Assembly (NCBI GenBank): GCA_964199315.1
Contig: OZ116708.1
Span: forward strand, 3,844,001-3,908,000
DNA length: 64,000 bases
DNA from: Orbicella franksi
Taxonomy: Eukaryota
Direction: 5' to 3'
A model generated the notes under the pieces. It had not been told where the DNA came from and did not search any database. It saw nothing but the letters and a program-made list of their open reading frames with translations. Shown here in pieces: positions 58,968 to 64,000 of the stretch (positions are counted from its first letter, which is position 1; each line of letters begins with the position of its first letter). Both the position numbers and the translations under genes were made by a program.

Positions 58968-60434
58968 GCTAAGACCAGAGGATGAAAGAGTTATCTTATA
59001 AATCACCTGCTCTGGACCACGGTAAACAGTTTCTCCTAATTAAGTCTGGCGAGGAGCAACCTAAGCACGTGCAATATGGACAGTGTATGTGTAACGCACG
59101 TGCTCAAACATATGCGGGTCACGTGCATGAATACAACAGAGTATGACAGATTTACAAACCAGATCGTACTCTGTTATAAACGCGAAATTCTACAGGAGCC
59201 TCCGCGTCTATTGACAGCATGTTCTGCTGAGTGGATGGCAGCCGTGTCTTCTTTGGTTTTCTTCTAGAATGATTGATAAGTCTCGGAGCTGTATCGTCGT
59301 GATGGCAAAATAACAGCGGTGCCGGCTAATGTGAATCAATTGAGTCTAGAAATATGAAGCCCTGGCTAGAAAACTAAAAGGACGGCCGCGAAGTTCCCAA
59401 AAGGGACATCCTGTATTCTTATTAAAGTCGAGACAACGGCATGTTCTAACCAAAGGAACTCACTTGAACTAGAGCTGTTGTAGATACTATATGTTTCCAA
59501 ACTTGTTTTAATCCTGTTCCGAAAGGATGGAAAACAGAAATTCAGGGCTGTTAGTGGCCTCCCTAACTTTACCAAGTTGCCAGACAACAAGACGTCGTCT
59601 TATAACGTCCCGCTGACGTGCCGGCGATGTCTTGATAGGAGGTTAGGGAATCGGTAACTATTCGAGCGCGAAGATTTGCCGAAAACTATTCGGGTGCGAA
59701 GATTTCCCGGCTGAAACCGGGAGGTACACTTGTTGGAGTTATAAGCGAGGTAGCCGAAGTATCTGTCGAGAAAAGCGGTTTTACATCGAGCGAGAAAAGT
59801 TTGTATAAAATAAAGATTTGCAAGAAAAGTTTGTATGTGATGTTTTTCATCGATGATTGTAAAACGTCAAATATGTTTCCTTTCGCCTGTCCAGTTAGCA
59901 TTGAGAATCAGATCACTAGTGTTGAGAGAGATCTGGGAACGAGAAACTCCAATTAGCTGCCGGTAAAATGGGTCGCGGGGGAGGGCGGGGGGCCTTGCAG
60001 GGGAAATGCCACTTCCTTGCAATTTCTCCTGTATCACTTACTCAAAGTGGTTAATAACTTCCTTGATACAGTCTTGGGCCCAGCAACTGTGATCCCAATC
60101 TTATGGGACCATCAGAGAAAACGACGGTGAACAAGACTGACAGTAATTGTTTTTAATAAAAAATCATACTTATTGCGCCTACTACAAAAATAGTTCCGTC
60201 ATTTTTAACACCATAAATATCACAAAAAGTGCTGTCTGAAATGAGCAAGAAACATTTTACGATTTGTGTTCTGTAAGTTTGTGTCACCTCTTAAGTGCTT
60301 TTATAACAACTTTCCAAAGTTACTCCACGTGTCAGCTGACAGTTAAAGTTTAAGCCAATTCTCAGTTGTCAGATAAACACCATCCAGACCTTTAGGCCCC
60401 GTCCATACTAGGCCGGAGAAATTTGAAAACGGAA

Positions 60435-63400
60435 TCTTGTGTTTTAATTTTCGGTATGTGCTTTTTGAGGTGGCTTTAAAAAAAATTCTAAAAAAAATTC
60501 AAAATAAAGCGTTCATGTTCAGTGGTTTTCATTTGAATGGACACATTATATTGCAAAAGTTTGAGTCGAGCAATCGAAGCAATGGGAGCTGTAGTTTTGT
60601 CGTTCATGGAATATTACCATTCAAGCAGACACAATTAACTCGTACACATCACGAGAAAACAAATTCAGTTACATAACGTGTTAGGACAGGCAAAAGGAAC
60701 TTCTAGACATCTGATTGGTTGTTGATTTACATCACGTGGGTTTTTGTTTACCTTATCAATTTTCGTTTATTCGAATCATCGAATCAGTATCTCCAGACTG
60801 TTGGTCGTTCGACTTTAAAGGGATGGTAAGATTCTTTTTGCTCGTGGTTTTTTGATTTATGATCTCGAGGCCATCAAAATCGATTGTCCTCGGTAAGACG
60901 TGAAGGGTCTCTTTCGAAATACAGTATGCTTTTTTAATGCGGTCTAGTGTTGACGTGACTTTTAAGTACAGCATTGATGATTACACCGTTCCAAATAATA
61001 CAGACCCGATACCTTGTTGTGTATTGTTCATATTTGCCCTCAGTAAATTGCATGAACATGAACTGACTACAAACGAAGAACAAATCAAGTAGTCGACAGG
61101 CCTGTAGTGGAAGCAATGAATTGAATTGTGAATTGTGAAAATCGATTATGGGCATTCGTCCTGATGATCCACTTCCTTGAAGGTTTTTTTGCCATGCGTC
61201 ACCGGCCATGCGAGGATATTGGAGAAAACATGTCTTTCCAAGAAAACGTTCGATGAAAGCGTGTTGATGAGGTTTTCCAACGTAGACTACGACTTCCGCT
61301 TTTAACAAGTATGACTTTCTTTTAATGTCCTTGTTGCTCTTATCAGTTAAGTAGGAAAGGTATTTATTTTTATGTCTTTACTTGCTTGGGTGCTGTAAAA
61401 ATATTCGCCACTGGAGCGTGGGCGAAGATGTGAAAGTGAAAGGGGGAAAAGCCCCTGCTGACCTTTCATATTCAGATGTGACAACAGAAGACAGTTAATA
61501 CTTGACCACCAGTGTTAAGACAAAACTCACATGTCGCATAAATGGGTGGGCTCGAGAGAAACCGCTACAGTTAGTATTTAGGTAAATCCTATCAAAAGCC
61601 CAAAACATAAATAATCTTTTTTCAACGTTCAACGCTAAAGATAGGAAAAAGGACTTCATGGAAAGAAATCTTGTGTTTTAATTTTCAGTTTTATGTGCTT
61701 TTTGAGGTGGCTTTAAAAAACCATTCTTGAAAGAAAAAAAGAAGCGAATCAGCCCAAATAGACACCATTTTTGTACATTGTATATGTTGCTTGTCTTGTA
61801 CAGAAAATATAAAGGAAATCGATCTGTTTTCTATCGAAACTTCAGTGAGTGGTTCTTACGCGGACGCGCTCTTAAAACCTTTGTTTAAATGTTCTACTGG
61901 TGTTACATTTCCTGAGACCAACACGATATCAACACGTCTTTCCAGGAATAAGCAGTGGCATGTTGATAAAGTTATACTATAACGATTACAGTTTTTCTCT
62001 TACAATACTTACTGCTTTGTCTTTATGTCTTTGCTTCCCTTATCAATGAAATAAGAAAGGGTTGAATATTTTCTACTTAGCTTCTATCTACACGCCTAAA
62101 AGTTGTGTGGATGAACCCACTTAGAATAGAGTGTCTTCGCGGGATTGGATAGGGTTAGCGTTGTATAGCATTAAACCTGTTTATCTAGAAATTCAATGTT
62201 AGTTTCACTTGAGGGAGGAAAACAGTCTTCAGAGTTCAACTAACTCCTGCCCACCATGATTCAGCTATTTGTAACGGAGGAAACGGTATAATCATGGTCG
62301 GTGGTTTTTATTTGAAGGGGCACATTCTATTGCAAAGTTAAGTTTGAGTTGAGCAATGGGAGCTGTAGTTTTGTCGCTCATGGAATATTACCATTCAAGC
62401 AGACACATCACGAGAAAACAAATTCAATTACATGACGTGTTGGGACACGCAAAAGGAACTTCTAGACATCTGATTGGTTGTTGATTTACATCACGTGGGT
62501 TTTTTTTTTTAACCTTATCAATTTTCGTTTCTTCGAATCATCGAATCAGTATCTGCAGACTGTTGGTCGTTCGACTTTAAAGAGAAGGTAAGATTCTTTT
62601 TGCTCGTGGTTTTTTTGATTTATGATCTCGAGGCGATCAAAATCGATTGTCCTCAGTGAAGACGTGAAGAGTCTCTTTCGAAATACAGTAGGCTTTTTTA
62701 ATGTGGTGTAGTGTTGACGGGATTTTTAAGTACAGCGTTGATGTTTACACCGTTCCAAATAATACAGACCCGATACCTTGTTGTATATTGTTCATATTTA
62801 CTGTAAGTAAATTAGACGAGCATGAACTACAAACGAAGAAGAAATCAGGCAGTCGACAGGCCTGTAATAGAGGCAATGAATTGAATTGTGATTTGTGCAA
62901 ATCGATTGGGGGCATTCGTCCTGATAATCCACTTCCTTGAAGACTTTTTGCCATGCGTCACCGGCCATGCGAGGATATTGGAGAAAACATGTCTTTCCAA
63001 GAAAACGTTCGATGAAAGCGTGTTGATGAGGTTTTCCAACGTAGACTACGACTTCCGCTTTTAACAAGTATGACTTTCTTTTAATGTCCTTGTTGCTCTT
63101 ATCAGTTAAGTAGGAAAGGTATTTATTTTTATGTCTTTACTTGCTTGGGTGCTGTAAAAATATTCGCCACTGGAGCGTGGGCGAAGATGTGAAAGTGAAA
63201 GGGGGAAAAGCCCCTGCTGACCTTTCATATTCAGATGTGACAACAGAAGACAGTTAATACTTGATCACCAGTGCTAAGACAAAACTCACATGTCGCATAA
63301 ATGGGTGGGCTCGAGAGAAACCGCTACAGTTAGTATTTAGGTAAATCCTATCAAAAGCCCAAAACATAGATAATCTTTTGTCAACGTTCAACGCTAAAGA

Positions 63401-64000
63401 TAGGAAAAAGGACTTCATGGAAAGAAATCTTGTGTTTTAATTTCCAGTGTTATGTGCTTTTTGAGGTGGCTTTAAAAAACTATTCTTGAAAGAAAAAAAA
63501 ACAAGCGAATCAGCCCAAATAGACACCATTTTTGTACATTGTATATGTTGCTTGTCTTGTACAGAAAATATAAAGGAAATCTGTTTTCTATCGAAACTTC
63601 AGTGAGTGGTTCTTACGCGGACGCGCTCTTAAAACCTTTGTTTAAATGTTCTACTGGTGTTACATTTCCTGAGACCAACACAATATCAACACGTCTTTCC
63701 AGGAATAAGCAGTGGCATGTTGATAAAGTTATACTATAACGATTACAGTTTTTCTCTTACAATACTTACTGCTTTGTCTTTATGTCTTTGCTTCCCTTAT
63801 CAATGAAATAAGAAAGGGTTGAATATATTTTCTACTTAGCTTCTATCTACACGCCTAAAAGTTGTGTGGATGAACCCGCTTAGAATAGAGTGTCTTCGCG
63901 GGATTGGATAGGGTTAGCGTTGTATAGCATTAAACCTGTTTATCTAGAAATTCAATGTCAGTTTCACTTGAGGGAGGAAAACAGTCTTCAGAGTTCAACT
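60435..64000. repeat. Tandem segmental duplication, ~1.76-kb unit: copy 1 ~60527-62305, copy 2 62306->64000, plus a 5' fragment at 60435-60490
   Basis: Matching anchors 1,760 bp apart (e.g. GAGTTCAACT at 62232 and 63991); TCTTGTGTTTTAATTT..TATGTGCTTTTTGAGGTGGCTTTAAAAAA occurs at ~60435, ~61670 and ~63429. Confidence 0.92.

Noticed and set aside
61270-61310. VVYVGK as a possible GIY-YIG motif in the tandem unit
   Set aside because: No upstream GIY/GVY strand and no downstream Arg/Glu/Asn motifs; too short to support.
62145-62160. Minus-strand CTAACCCTA resembling a telomerase RNA template (also at ~63905-63920)
   Set aside because: No pseudoknot, P6.1 stem or H/ACA end recognisable downstream; AT-rich, duplicated context; a 9-mer is expected by chance.

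Overview
Intron-rich animal genomic DNA, most likely from a scleractinian coral (inferred from the repeat families and cnidarian-like proteins). I reconstructed five spliced genes by hand from GT-AG sites and phase checks. On the minus strand: the N-terminal ~2,320 codons of HUWE1/Mule (45 exons, running off the left edge), a complete MCM2, a complete SLC2A13/HMIT-like sugar porter and an unannotated two-exon 121-aa secreted 12-Cys three-finger (Ly6/uPAR-like) protein. On the plus strand: a complete PIM-family kinase. The right end is a ~1.76-kb tandem duplication. The strongest non-obvious signals are: two paralogous intronic H/ACA snoRNAs in HUWE1 whose pockets match 18S rRNA U1056 and U1081 (the SNORA8/snR31 targets); a BAK-like BH3 motif in HUWE1; a candidate alternative last exon that would truncate HUWE1 before its HECT domain; a U3:A8-variant hammerhead ribozyme motif in a Penelope-like remnant; and tandem STAT-type sites in the PIM gene. 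Homology and rRNA comparisons are from recalled sequences, not database searches.
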